From Patescibacteria group bacterium (GTDB lineage Bacteria > Patescibacteriota > Minisyncoccia > Phycocordibacterales > UBA918), in assembly GCA_040386275.1 (NCBI GenBank), contig JAZKFU010000010.1, positions 1 to 45,091 of the forward strand: DNA of 45,091 nucleotides, written 5' to 3'. Shown in pieces: positions 28,747 to 38,080 of this stretch. Every line of letters starts with the position of its first letter. Within the stretch, counting starts at the first letter, position 1. A program made the translations under genes and the position numbers. The notes below the pieces were generated by a model. It worked only from the letters and a program-made list of their open reading frames with translations. It had not been told where the DNA came from and did not search any database.

Positions 28747-29613
28747 TTACTTTGCAATGTATTCAGAAAGAGTGTGTTTTTGGCGCCAGCCGAGCGCTTC
28801 AAGATTTGTGGTGTCGTCCGCCCCCGAGGATCGAGATGAATCTGTGGCTGGAGCATATGTTTTTTCGATGCCAAACATATTAGCCACCTCATTAAGGGAA
28901 TAGACTTCTTTGGCAGAAATGGCGTACTCCTCTCTCCCACCATTAAAGGCAATGAGTACCAGCGCTTCTACAGTATCAAGCACATGGGTAAACGCGCGAG
29001 TTTGAGTCCCATCTCCATTGATAGTACATTTTGTCCCCGTAAGGGCACACTGTTTGAAGGTTTCTACCACAGTCCCATAGCCTCCATTAAATTGTCCCGC
29101 CCGTTCACGCGGACCATACACGTTATAAAAATATGCTATCGAATAGTCGAGGTTATACCACCGTCCGTAGTTGTGCACTAATTCAGAGTTAGCTGCTTTA
29201 GCGAAATTATAGGGGGCTCGATGACGCCCCTCTACCTGTCCTTCCTCTACGGCTGTAACAAATTTTGTAGATGATCCGGCGTATACCAACTTACACTTTT
29301 TCTCTCGCCAATACTCGAGCACTCCATGAGTACCGCTAATATTTAAATCCCACACCACAGCAGGCTCATTAAGTGAGGGTGCGATACGCGAATACTCACC
29401 CAAATGGAAAATTACATCCGGTGTTTCAGGGATGAGGGTAGCGATATCTTTAGTATGACCAGTACGATACTCAACTCCAGGCACGTGATTTTCGACACTG
29501 CCGGTAAAATAATTATCAAGCGAGATAATGTGATGTCCATCTTTTACTAGTCGCTCACAGAGGTGTGAACCCACAAAGCCAGCTCCGCCGGTGACGACAA
29601 TCGTTTTTTGCAT
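28747..29613 (-). CDS. NAD-dependent epimerase/dehydratase (extended SDR)
   Basis: VTGGAGFVGS, LDNYFTG, YAGSST, YNFAK (YxxxK), FYNVYGPRE, GDGTQTRAFTHV. Confidence 0.9.
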   Translation of the reverse strand: MQKTIVVTGGAGFVGSHLCERLVKDGHHIISLDNYFTGSVENHVPGVEYRTGHTKDIATLIPETPDVIFHLGEYSRIAPSLNEPAVVWDLNISGTHGVLEYWREKKCKLVYAGSSTKFVTAVEEGQVEGRHRAPYNFAKAANSELVHNYGRWYNLDYSIAYFYNVYGPRERAGQFNGGYGTVVETFKQCALTGTKCTINGDGTQTRAFTHVLDTVEALVLIAFNGGREEYAISAKEVYSLNEVANMFGIEKTYAPATDSSRSSGADDTTNLEALGWRQKHTLSEYIAK

Positions 29614-29665
29614 GTACTGTATACTACCAAATTTTACGGAAAAACGTTACGGATGCTAACTTGGA

Positions 29666-31846
29666 TTACCGAAAGGGTGATTTTTCAGGGGCGTTACTAC
29701 GGAGGATTTTAGCGAGTTGTTTCGCATCAATACCCGACTGGTTGGTTGGTTCTGGGGCCTTTGGTTGCTCTAAAGCAGGCGCACTCACTACTTGTTTTGG
29801 CTCTGGTACGGGAGGGTTGGGTGCTGTAGGCGGAGGGGTGGCGTGTGTTTGCTCTAGACTCGCAAAGGTAGCCTCGGCTTCACGATTAAGTTTTTCCATC
29901 ACTTCACGGTCACTGACTGACGCTGGAGTAAATCGCGGCAACGGGAATGGACGTGGCGGGAGTACCCGATCTGGATTATTGGTTTCGGTATTTTTTAATT
30001 CTGCTAAGGCTGCTTTTAGAGGACTAATGGTTTCATTAATTTTTTTAAACGTAGCGGGTTCCGTACGAGGTGGATGATTGGTTTTATTTTCGGCAGGTGC
30101 TGTTTTATCACTATGGGCCGTTTGGGCAATTTTAGCGAGGATAGCCCGTAAGTCTTCGGATCGTGGTGACGGCGCTGGTTTCGGGATATTTGCTTGCTTT
30201 GAGGTATGTGCTTGCTTTGACGAATGAGCCCCCTCTTTATGCGGTGGTCGTGGTCGCTCGGTGCGCTGTGGCTGGTCTTTGTTGTTTTTTACAAAAGGTT
30301 TAGGAGCAGGAGCAGGCGCTGGTTTAGCAGTTGCAACGGGGACCGGTGGTTTTTCCACTACACTCGGCACACTTACATGCTCGACACTCGGCACATGCGG
30401 TTCAGCCACTACTAATGCGTCCGACTTAACGGGACTCGCGACGGTCAGAGATGACGTCTGACTCGGGACTGCCGTGCGCACGGGCGACTGGTGTTGCGGG
30501 GGTTTGGAGGTGTTTGGCTTGCTGTTGTTGCTTACCGTTTTTTTTTCAATTTTTTCAGGTGTATGCAAATCTGTCACGATTTTTTCTACTTCCAATCGAG
30601 GCTTAGTGAAGTTACGTCGAGAAGCGGCAATTACCATGTCTTTGCAGGACACAGAAGGAACAGCAATTGGTGGCAACGTCACTGCAGAAAATGGCTGGGA
30701 CCCAATTCCATCAATCATCAAGGTCAGGTAAATCTGAGCAAACCCTAAGTTCACTAAATCAGCTGCCAAAAATCGGGGCGTAAATACAGTTTCTAACACT
30801 TCAGCATCAAAGGGTCCTACCCGAAACGAGATAGTCGTTCCGACGTTTCCAAACACCGCATCACGCACTTCCTCTTCCATCTGTTCGATGTACTGGTGGG
30901 CAATAATTAAATTGAGGTGGTACTTTCTTGCTTCCGAAAGAATGTTCGCAAACGTTGCATTAGCAAAACTCTGAAACTCGTCCACATAAAAATAAAAGTT
31001 AGGCATCTGCTTCATTTGGGCAACCGGTAAATCAGCCCGACTCATAGCCGCCAAATAAATACGCGTCGTGAGCATAGACCCCAATAGATTGGCATTTGTC
31101 TCCCCTACCAATCCCTTGGAGAGGTTCATAATCACAATCTTCTTTTCGTCCATACACTTTCGAAAATCAAAACTCGAATGTGGCTGCCCGATAATATTTC
31201 GAATCAGTGGGTTTCCGGTAAATTGTCCGATTTTATTTTGAATCGCCGGTAAGGCCTCGGCCGCAAACCGTTCCGTGTAGTTGGCAAACTCATCAATCCA
31301 AAACGATTTAACCGCTGGGTCAGTACAGTAATCAACGACTTTTAGACGGTAGGCTTTATCATTAAAAATTCGGTTAACAGACAGTAAGGTAGTATCCGGG
31401 TACTCAATCAGTACCAAGAGTGCGTTAGTGAGGATGTACTCCATACGAGCACTCCAGGCATCCACCCAGATTTTCTTAAACGTCGACATCAAGCCCGACA
31501 CTACTAAGTGCCGTTTGTCCGGACCCACATCTTCCATCACGTTAAAGGAAATAGGGTTTTCCAAATCAAACGGGGCAAAATATATCACGTCATTCACCCG
31601 GTGTTCAGGAATATAGTCAAGGAGGGTTTCAGCCGCGGAACCGTGTGGGTCAATAAAGGCCATACCTTCTCCATTTTGAATATCCTGCACTGCCATGTTT
31701 TCGAGTAGGGTAGATTTACCCATACCAGTTTTCCCGACGACATACATATGTCGTTGCCTATCCTTGGCTTTAATACCAAATGATACATCACGCCCTCGCG
31801 CGTCGGTTTTAGCAAAAAAAGTAATTTTTTCAGGATCCAAACTCAT
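29666..31846 (-). CDS. VirD4/TraD-like coupling ATPase with a long Pro/Ser/Lys-rich C-terminal tail
   Basis: DRQRHMYVVGKTGMGKSTLL (Walker A), FIDPHG, YVDEFQSF (Walker B), LSEARKY, AHQYIEQ, VFGNVGT. Confidence 0.85.
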   Translation of the reverse strand: MSLDPEKITFFAKTDARGRDVSFGIKAKDRQRHMYVVGKTGMGKSTLLENMAVQDIQNGEGMAFIDPHGSAAETLLDYIPEHRVNDVIYFAPFDLENPISFNVMEDVGPDKRHLVVSGLMSTFKKIWVDAWSARMEYILTNALLVLIEYPDTTLLSVNRIFNDKAYRLKVVDYCTDPAVKSFWIDEFANYTERFAAEALPAIQNKIGQFTGNPLIRNIIGQPHSSFDFRKCMDEKKIVIMNLSKGLVGETNANLLGSMLTTRIYLAAMSRADLPVAQMKQMPNFYFYVDEFQSFANATFANILSEARKYHLNLIIAHQYIEQMEEEVRDAVFGNVGTTISFRVGPFDAEVLETVFTPRFLAADLVNLGFAQIYLTLMIDGIGSQPFSAVTLPPIAVPSVSCKDMVIAASRRNFTKPRLEVEKIVTDLHTPEKIEKKTVSNNSKPNTSKPPQHQSPVRTAVPSQTSSLTVASPVKSDALVVAEPHVPSVEHVSVPSVVEKPPVPVATAKPAPAPAPKPFVKNNKDQPQRTERPRPPHKEGAHSSKQAHTSKQANIPKPAPSPRSEDLRAILAKIAQTAHSDKTAPAENKTNHPPRTEPATFKKINETISPLKAALAELKNTETNNPDRVLPPRPFPLPRFTPASVSDREVMEKLNREAEATFASLEQTHATPPPTAPNPPVPEPKQVVSAPALEQPKAPEPTNQSGIDAKQLAKILRSNAPEKSPFR

Positions 31847-31869
31847 GTAGTTAGTATAGCAAATGTCTG

Positions 31870-33435
31870 TTACGAACCGAAACGAGCATTCGCATACCCG
31901 ATTAATTCGGTCACGTCCGCATTACGACTATCAGAACCCAAGAGCACAATTGCAATCACCCGCTCGGCACCTTTCACTTTAATTTTATGAAGTGTCACTG
32001 ACGTTTGTCCGGCAGCAGTGGTTTCACCCACTTTTCCTCCGATAAAATTCTCGAGTCCTTCTACCTCGTTAAAATTACTCAAGGTACCAAATTCACCACT
32101 GACGTAGGCAGTTGGTAAATCTTGATTGGCCGTTAACTCAACAATAAATTGTCGGGTATTATAAATATACGTAATTAACCCTAGCAAATCTCGGACAGTG
32201 GAGGTGTTATAAGCACTTAAGCCTGAAGGGTCTGCAAAATGAGTATTAGTTAAGCCAATTGACTTAGCTTTCTCATTCATATGCGCCACAAATTCAGCCC
32301 GGCCTGTTTGGGAGGCAATCACTTCAGCCGCTTCATTAGATGACTCAACCAAGAGTAACTGCAAGAGACTGTACATAGACACCGTACCCAATCCGCCCAA
32401 CCGTGGAATAAGAGACTGTACAAAGGTAGGCTGGGCTACTGCGACGCGGGCATCGAGATTAATATACTCAGACGCAACAACAGCCGTCATGAGCTTAGTC
32501 AAAGACGCAATCGGCGCCACGCTATCAAGATCACTACTAGCAAGGACTGTATTACTTTCTACGTCGGCAATCAAATAATGTGGGGTATCAAGTTCAGGAA
32601 TTTTTGGTTCGTACAAAAAGGCATCGGGTTGTGCGGGCACTTCGTGCACAAGCACCGGAATTTTTAAGGCAACTAAATTATAAATTTTTTCGGCGTCTTC
32701 ATCGGATAACCTGATACCTCCACCCGGAAAATCGGCCGGGACCTTCTCCCCTTTTTCGGTGTACGGCCAACCATGGATAATAAAGTTGCCTTGGAAGGTA
32801 ATGCTCCACGGGGTATACATTTGTCCAAATGATGAATAGAGCTTTTGTTTTTTTGATTTAACTTCGTACAATCCCGCCGGAGTTTCCAACCATGAACCTT
32901 TGGCGCCTTTAGCTAGAATAGGAACTTGTAACTCGAGCACTCCTTCTTTGAAATACCGCAACTCCATTGTCGCTAAATCTGCTTCGATAAATGTTTTGGA
33001 TTGATTAATAAAGGCATCGCGCGTTTCAGAAAAAAAGTTTGGCTGACTGAATGACATCTGCACACCGTAGTTAAGGGCAGTTTGCGCTTGGGTATACGGA
33101 TTTTCTACAATCACGGGAGCTTGCGCAGGGACCGCGGAGAATAACTGGGCGAGAATCGGACGACCGGCTTCGGTGATAAACGGCTTTGAAAAATATGAAA
33201 CAGCGAGCAATACCGCTACCGATAAAAATACTGTCACCACTTTGACCGACACGACATAGGGACTCGGGACCTCGGTACTAATTTTTACAATCGCGGGAGT
33301 AAACGAAACGGCATCAGTTTCTACCTGAGATTTCTTTTTGCGTGGTGGAATAAAAGCGCCGAGAGAGACGGTTGGTTCATCATCGTTGTAACTCACGGCA
33401 TAAAAGCGCCGAGCGACAGGCTCTTCGTTGTACAT
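31870..33435 (-). CDS. Membrane-anchored L,D-transpeptidase (YkuD)-like domain fused to a D-Ala-D-Ala carboxypeptidase (peptidase S11)
   Basis: TM near residue 65-82. ETPAGLY, FIIHGWPY and GGGIRL (YkuD-like). ASLTKL (SxxK), SSN (SxN), FADPSGL and GKVG (KTG-like). Confidence 0.85.
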   Translation of the reverse strand: MYNEEPVARRFYAVSYNDDEPTVSLGAFIPPRKKKSQVETDAVSFTPAIVKISTEVPSPYVVSVKVVTVFLSVAVLLAVSYFSKPFITEAGRPILAQLFSAVPAQAPVIVENPYTQAQTALNYGVQMSFSQPNFFSETRDAFINQSKTFIEADLATMELRYFKEGVLELQVPILAKGAKGSWLETPAGLYEVKSKKQKLYSSFGQMYTPWSITFQGNFIIHGWPYTEKGEKVPADFPGGGIRLSDEDAEKIYNLVALKIPVLVHEVPAQPDAFLYEPKIPELDTPHYLIADVESNTVLASSDLDSVAPIASLTKLMTAVVASEYINLDARVAVAQPTFVQSLIPRLGGLGTVSMYSLLQLLLVESSNEAAEVIASQTGRAEFVAHMNEKAKSIGLTNTHFADPSGLSAYNTSTVRDLLGLITYIYNTRQFIVELTANQDLPTAYVSGEFGTLSNFNEVEGLENFIGGKVGETTAAGQTSVTLHKIKVKGAERVIAIVLLGSDSRNADVTELIGYANARFGS

Positions 33436-33489
33436 ACCGCCATTGTACCCTACAAAAAAATCAAAAAAGGTCTGTTGTGTACAGCTATT

Positions 33490-35073
33490 TTAAACTCCAG
33501 GTAGTAATGTCAGGAGATACCTTAGAATTTCTCGCAACCCCACAATGATTTTAACTGATTCCTCGGGAGTTAGATTTGCCAAATCTGCTTCATTTTTAGT
33601 TAGGTAGTCTATCAGATTACGAACTGACTGGATAAATGATTCTTTAGTTACCGTGAGTGGAGTTGAGGTTGAAGATGGACTGTAGAAATAACTTTTAGGT
33701 CGATCACCCACGCGGGTGGCGGAACTGCCACCCCCGCTGGGGTCGGCTTCGATGATAGCTGAGACGGTAAGATTTGCTTCAAGATTGGTGTCGGTGCGGG
33801 GATTCTGCGTTGATTCATCTGACCACTTCACAAAGCGGAAACCGGCATCGGGGACCACTTCTACTTCAGTACTGTCTTCACCATCAATAACGGTTTGGGT
33901 ACCTTGCCCAATCAGCGTAGCATTGAGTCCTGCTGTATATGAAATTGTGAAGCAGGGTGTTGAACCACCGTCGTTGATAATCCAGTTGTATGTAGTCACG
34001 AGGATATCGCGGGCTGCTTGCACTGTATCACAATACGGTGTACGAGAACTTGACTGACCAACACCGTACAGATTCATGTTATTTTGTAATGTTGGAAGTG
34101 CTGCCCAACGTTCGAGCGTATCAGAGTAGTTGAGAGTGGAAATGTTTGAGAGATCAAATATATAAGCAAAGTTAGTAATATTACGTATGTCCCAATTGCC
34201 CAGTGTCTGATCAAACGAGGAATTATAAAACATGCCATAGAGGGAATTAGTAACAGAGATGTCCCAGTCGTCAAGTGGTTGATTAAATGCAGTTGAAGCA
34301 AACATATCAGACATATACTGTACTGACGAAACATCCCAGTCATTGAGAGGTTGGTTGAACGCATTGATACCATAATTACCTCCGGAAAACATAGAATCCA
34401 TATCAGTCACATTCGAGACATCCCAGTTACTGAGAGATTGGTTGAAATTTAAGGCATCGCGAAACATTCTTCGCATAGTGGTTACCGCGGACACATCCCA
34501 GTTATTAAGAGGTTGGTTGAAAGCTATAGCACTGTCAAACATACTTTGCATGTCGGTCACATTCGAGACATCCCAGGTATTGAGAGGAGAGTTGAAATTT
34601 TCGGCTGCTTCAAACATCCCGGCAAGACTGGTTACATTCGATAAATCTGGAACATCAGTTGCATTAAAGGTAAGGTCATATACATATGAAAAGCTGTATT
34701 CGAGTGCGGTCCACACACTATTTCCCCACTGTTCAACGGTTCGAAATTTATTACGATTTGCTTGACCGCCAAAATTAACGCTCGTCCAATTACCTTTAAA
34801 GTCAACGCGGTATTCTCCCGCATACGGAAATGTAATTGTGGTAAGGCCAACCTGGCATGTATCAGTACCATTATTTGCTTCGTTGCCCACCTCCTCCCAG
34901 TAAACATCCTCACCATCATCACAGTCACCCAGCGTAATCGTTATAAATGTATCACTCCCTGTACTCCACGTAGTTGAAAACGCACCTGGTTCAATTGGAG
35001 CTGCAGATGCAAATGTACCCCACAGCATAAAAAATCCCATCATACATAAAACTTGCCGGGAGAGTAATTTCAT
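33490..35073 (-). CDS. Secreted surface protein with DUF285/BspA-like ~25-residue repeats and an InlB B-repeat-like domain
   Basis: Signal peptide. Repeats of MF..A..FNQPLN.WDVS.VT.M. ISYTAG...VVPDAGFRFVKWSD..TQNPRTD. Start ATG 35073 lies 6 nt after TATACT. Confidence 0.85.
   Translation of the reverse strand: MKLLSRQVLCMMGFFMLWGTFASAAPIEPGAFSTTWSTGSDTFITITLGDCDDGEDVYWEEVGNEANNGTDTCQVGLTTITFPYAGEYRVDFKGNWTSVNFGGQANRNKFRTVEQWGNSVWTALEYSFSYVYDLTFNATDVPDLSNVTSLAGMFEAAENFNSPLNTWDVSNVTDMQSMFDSAIAFNQPLNNWDVSAVTTMRRMFRDALNFNQSLSNWDVSNVTDMDSMFSGGNYGINAFNQPLNDWDVSSVQYMSDMFASTAFNQPLDDWDISVTNSLYGMFYNSSFDQTLGNWDIRNITNFAYIFDLSNISTLNYSDTLERWAALPTLQNNMNLYGVGQSSSRTPYCDTVQAARDILVTTYNWIINDGGSTPCFTISYTAGLNATLIGQGTQTVIDGEDSTEVEVVPDAGFRFVKWSDESTQNPRTDTNLEANLTVSAIIEADPSGGGSSATRVGDRPKSYFYSPSSTSTPLTVTKESFIQSVRNLIDYLTKNEADLANLTPEESVKIIVGLREILRYLLTLLPGV
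34180..34650 (-). repeat. Intragenic tandem ~75-nt coding repeats (about 6 units)
   Basis: Recurring plus-strand ACATCCCAG..TTGAGAGG..GGTTGAA encoding FNQPLNxWDVS. Confidence 0.8.
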
Positions 35074-35182
35074 ACCAGAAGTATACCAAAAAAAATTACT
35101 GATAATCATTTTTCCACCTTTTTTCTCAAAAGATTCGACTGGCTATAGTTCTCATGTGAGGGTGCATCACTAGTCTCAGAAA

Positions 35183-36130
35183 CTAGTTAATATAATACTG
35201 CAGAAACCACTGAGCAAAATTTGTTACACCCGTTTTAAAATCAGTCTCAGCTTGAAAGCCTAATAATTCTTTTGCTTTAGTGGTGTCAGCGTACGTTTCA
35301 AATACATCTCCCGTCTGCATCGGTAACATCCGTTTGGTAGTTGTCTTCCCTAATACTTCCTCTAACTGCGTAATAAAATTCAAGAGTTCTATCGGCTTTC
35401 CGTTTCCGAGATTTATAATTTCATACCCGAGTGGCGTATGCACGGCGGCAATAAAACCACGCACAATATCACCTACATACGTAAAATCTCGACGTAATTT
35501 TCCTTCATTATAGACATCAATTGGCTCACCCTTCATGATTGCGTCGGCAAATTTTAGCATCGCCATATCCGGCCTACTCCACGGTCCGTAGACGGTAAAA
35601 AACCGTAGGCACGTTGTTTCTATCTGATACTGATGGTAGTAGGTGTGAGCAATCATTTCGGCGGCTCGTTTGGTAGCAGCATACACCGATACCGGTTTGT
35701 CTGCCGCTTCCGTCTCTTTAAAAGGAGCGGGAGTGGTAGTGCCGTAGGCAGAAGAGGTAGAGGCAAATACCATCCGTTTAATTCCTGTTTCGCGCATCAC
35801 TTCAAATAACGTTTGTGTTCCCAAGACATTAGCCTCAATATACGAGGCTGGAGCTTCGATGGAGTAACGCACTCCCGCTTGTCCCGCGAGATGGCAGACA
35901 ACATCAAAAGAGTGCCTGGTGCACAACGACCGCAATGCTTCAATGTCGGTAATATCAATTTCTTCTACTGTTACCTGCGGTAACAACGCAGCCACGCGGG
36001 CTCGCTTGAGCGCAACATCATAGTACTGATTAAAATTATCAATGACGACCACCTCATGCCCTTCTTTTATAAGTTGCGCCGCCAACGTACTGCCAATAAA
36101 TCCTGCTCCACCGGTAACAAGTAATTTCAT
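35183..36130 (-). CDS. UDP-glucuronate 4-epimerase-like extended SDR
   Basis: VTGGAGFIGS, HLAGQAGVRYS, YAATK, LRFFTVYGPWSRPDMA, RDFTYV.D, MQTGDV. Start ATG 36130. Confidence 0.9.
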   Translation of the reverse strand: MKLLVTGGAGFIGSTLAAQLIKEGHEVVVIDNFNQYYDVALKRARVAALLPQVTVEEIDITDIEALRSLCTRHSFDVVCHLAGQAGVRYSIEAPASYIEANVLGTQTLFEVMRETGIKRMVFASTSSAYGTTTPAPFKETEAADKPVSVYAATKRAAEMIAHTYYHQYQIETTCLRFFTVYGPWSRPDMAMLKFADAIMKGEPIDVYNEGKLRRDFTYVGDIVRGFIAAVHTPLGYEIINLGNGKPIELLNFITQLEEVLGKTTTKRMLPMQTGDVFETYADTTKAKELLGFQAETDFKTGVTNFAQWFLQYYIN

Positions 36131-36198
36131 ATAAAAAGTATAACCATGCACTACATATAAAAGTAGCATTGGGGAATTAATGTTAGTTCATAATTTTC

Positions 36199-36228
36199 AA
36201 AAGGACAGGCATGTATAGTGCCTGCCCC
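36199..36228 (-). terminator. Intrinsic terminator
   Basis: Minus strand GGGCAGGCA-CTATACA-TGCCTGTCC-TTTT. Confidence 0.7.
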
Positions 36229-36235
36229 TCCCGTA

Positions 36236-36442
36236 CTACACCCGATAACTCAGGGTGCCATTAACCCAGTGCACCCCGACGTAACGACGTTCCGCAAGGA
36301 TGGTTTTTGCAAACGTGAGCCAGACAAACTCGTCTACAGGTAGCGCGCGCTCCTTCTCTAGCCGAGCCTCTAATTTTTCTACCCCCTCTAACAGATCACC
36401 GTCCGGCATGGTTTCCATTTGTTTTTGAAGAGAAATAAACAT
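36236..36442 (-). CDS. Small hypothetical protein (68 aa)
   Basis: TG-TATAAT upstream, GAGGTG SD before the ATG, and a terminator after the stop. Confidence 0.7.
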   Translation of the reverse strand: MFISLQKQMETMPDGDLLEGVEKLEARLEKERALPVDEFVWLTFAKTILAERRYVGVHWVNGTLSYRV

Positions 36443-36517
36443 AATTCACCTCATTCATGAACATTCGATAATTATTATACAACACTTTAAGCTTCAGGTC
36501 GAAGCGTACTGTTTCAA

Positions 36518-36760
36518 TTATTCCGTTTTAGTATTCGCAAAAAGATTTTGAGTAGTCTCTACAAACGTATCGCTAACTCGTTCCCCATTCCCGCGATCAA
36601 TTTCTCTAAAGTATTGGGCGCGTCGCAACGCGTAGCCTAGCAAGATTAAAACCACACCGATACCAACATACGCATACTGTTTCCAGGCCGACGGTATACC
36701 GAGATATGGAAGAACCACTAACAGAATACCTACTAAAAATGTCAGAGTACCTTTGCTCAT
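36518..36760 (-). CDS. Small two-TM membrane protein
   Basis: Two hydrophobic helices (LTFLVGILLVVLPYLG and YVGIGVVLILLGYAL). TATACT lies 7 nt upstream of the ATG. Confidence 0.75.
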   Translation of the reverse strand: MSKGTLTFLVGILLVVLPYLGIPSAWKQYAYVGIGVVLILLGYALRRAQYFREIDRGNGERVSDTFVETTQNLFANTKTE

Positions 36761-36826
36761 TCCGGACAGTATACCCCATCCCTCCCATGGTCACAAAATA
36801 ATTACCTAAACCACCCTATTCTTTTG

Positions 36827-37504
36827 TTATAAAGTCAAAATAAGCACGAACTCTCCCTTTTGCTTCACACTGTGTTTCTCCAAAATATCCAAAACCTCAA
36901 CCGGCGTTCCCACCAGCATCTCTTCATGCATCTTAGTCAGCTCTCGCCCCATATAAACGGTACTCGTTGGGTACAACGTCACCAATGTTTGTAGGGCTTT
37001 TACAATCCTGTGAGTCGCCTCCAAAAATACAACCGGATGATCATACAATTCTAAATCAGCAAAGAATGTCTCCCGACCCTTTTTACTTGGCACAAACCCC
37101 AGGAAACTAAATTGATTCCCTGATACACCCGCAATTGAAATCGCTGCGGTAATAGACGACGCTCCGGGAATGGCATCAATGCGTATACCCGCTGCACGGG
37201 CCATTCGGACTAACATCACCCCCGGGTCAGACACTCCTGGCGTTCCTGCATCGGAAACTAAGGCCACACTCTGCCCCGCTTCTAAATCAGCGATAATAGC
37301 TGCGTGCACGGCTTCGCTTGCGTGCGCGTCGTATCGTTTTAATTTAGCCTTGATACCATGGTGTTTCGTCAGGTTGCCCGTTGTGCGAGTATCTTCACAC
37401 AATACATACGCCACCTCACGAAAAATGCGCAACGCGCGCAGCGTAATATCCTCCATGTTTCCAATCGGCGTAGCGACAATATAGAGTGTTCCCGTTTTTT
37501 GCAT
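36827..37504 (-). CDS. rsmI: 16S rRNA C1402 2'-O-methyltransferase
   Basis: LYIVATPIGNMEDITLRAL, CEDTR, VSDAGTPGVSDPG, RELTKMHEE, KGEFVL. Confidence 0.95.
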   Translation of the reverse strand: MQKTGTLYIVATPIGNMEDITLRALRIFREVAYVLCEDTRTTGNLTKHHGIKAKLKRYDAHASEAVHAAIIADLEAGQSVALVSDAGTPGVSDPGVMLVRMARAAGIRIDAIPGASSITAAISIAGVSGNQFSFLGFVPSKKGRETFFADLELYDHPVVFLEATHRIVKALQTLVTLYPTSTVYMGRELTKMHEEMLVGTPVEVLDILEKHSVKQKGEFVLILTL

Positions 37505-37597
37505 TAAATTACTTTACCACAATTTTTAAAAAAGTATAGAGTACTGTATGATACAACTCGAGTACTATAGCCCCAGATTCAACCAAGGAGTTCTATC

Positions 37598-37888
37598 ATG
37601 TCAGACCCCGCCATTCCCCTGCTCGCAGCCTATACCCGGGCACTCGTACATCAAAAAATTCCCGAGACCGAACAGCAGCTGGCTCTACTGTTTGCAAAAG
37701 ATTTTCTGCAGCGTGTTGTCGATGAGCATGGTCGGCTGAGTTTCGGCGAGCTGAAATCAGCCAGCCTGAACGACCTCAACCGACAGCTGAGCACACACAG
37801 CGAGATGCTTATGCAAATGCTTACTGACCCTGAGCAAGGTTTTGGCTTCATTAACAGCCAAGGTCGACCAATTCTGATTGAACGGTAA
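37598..37888 (+). CDS. Hypothetical protein (96 aa)
   Basis: AAGGAG SD before the ATG and a terminator after the stop. Codons rich in CTG/AAC/GAG. Confidence 0.7.
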   Translation: MSDPAIPLLAAYTRALVHQKIPETEQQLALLFAKDFLQRVVDEHGRLSFGELKSASLNDLNRQLSTHSEMLMQMLTDPEQGFGFINSQGRPILIER

Positions 37889-37901
37889 GACATGAACCAA
37901 A

Positions 37902-37936
37902 AACCCGCGCCAAAAGCGCGGGTTCATTTTTATTTT
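37902..37936 (+). terminator. Intrinsic terminator
   Basis: AACCCGCGC-CAAAA-GCGCGGGTT followed by CATTTTTATTTT. Confidence 0.8.
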
Positions 37937-37953
37937 GTAAATAATTTTAAAAA

Positions 37954-38080
37954 CTAAAGTTAATGTAAACTCTTCAGATACGAGGCGGGCAAAGAAAATT
38001 ATGTGAGCCGTACTCCTTGTACGGTGAACGTAATTTTGCTGTAGCCCAACAAAGTAGCTGATAGTTTACATTAACTTTAG
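37954..38080. repeat. Palindromic element, copy 1 (RPE/MITE-like)
   Basis: Perfect 18-bp terminal inverted repeat CTAAAGTTAATGTAAACT/AGTTTACATTAACTTTAG. Inner stems GGGC/GCCC, AAAATTATGT/ACGTAATTTT and CCGTAC/GTACGG. Confidence 0.8.

Noticed and set aside
967-29613. Conventional LPS core/O-antigen locus
   Set aside because: No Kdo, lipid A or outer-membrane genes in the window, and the surrounding gene set points to CPR. This cannot be fully excluded without the whole genome.
29666-31846. Conjugative element or ICE
   Set aside because: No relaxase, VirB genes, integrase or att sites, and the flanks are cell-envelope genes.
34180-34650. Periodic ~75-nt repeats as a CRISPR array or DGR template
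   Set aside because: They are in-frame, degenerate protein-coding repeats. There are no unique spacers, cas genes or reverse transcriptase.
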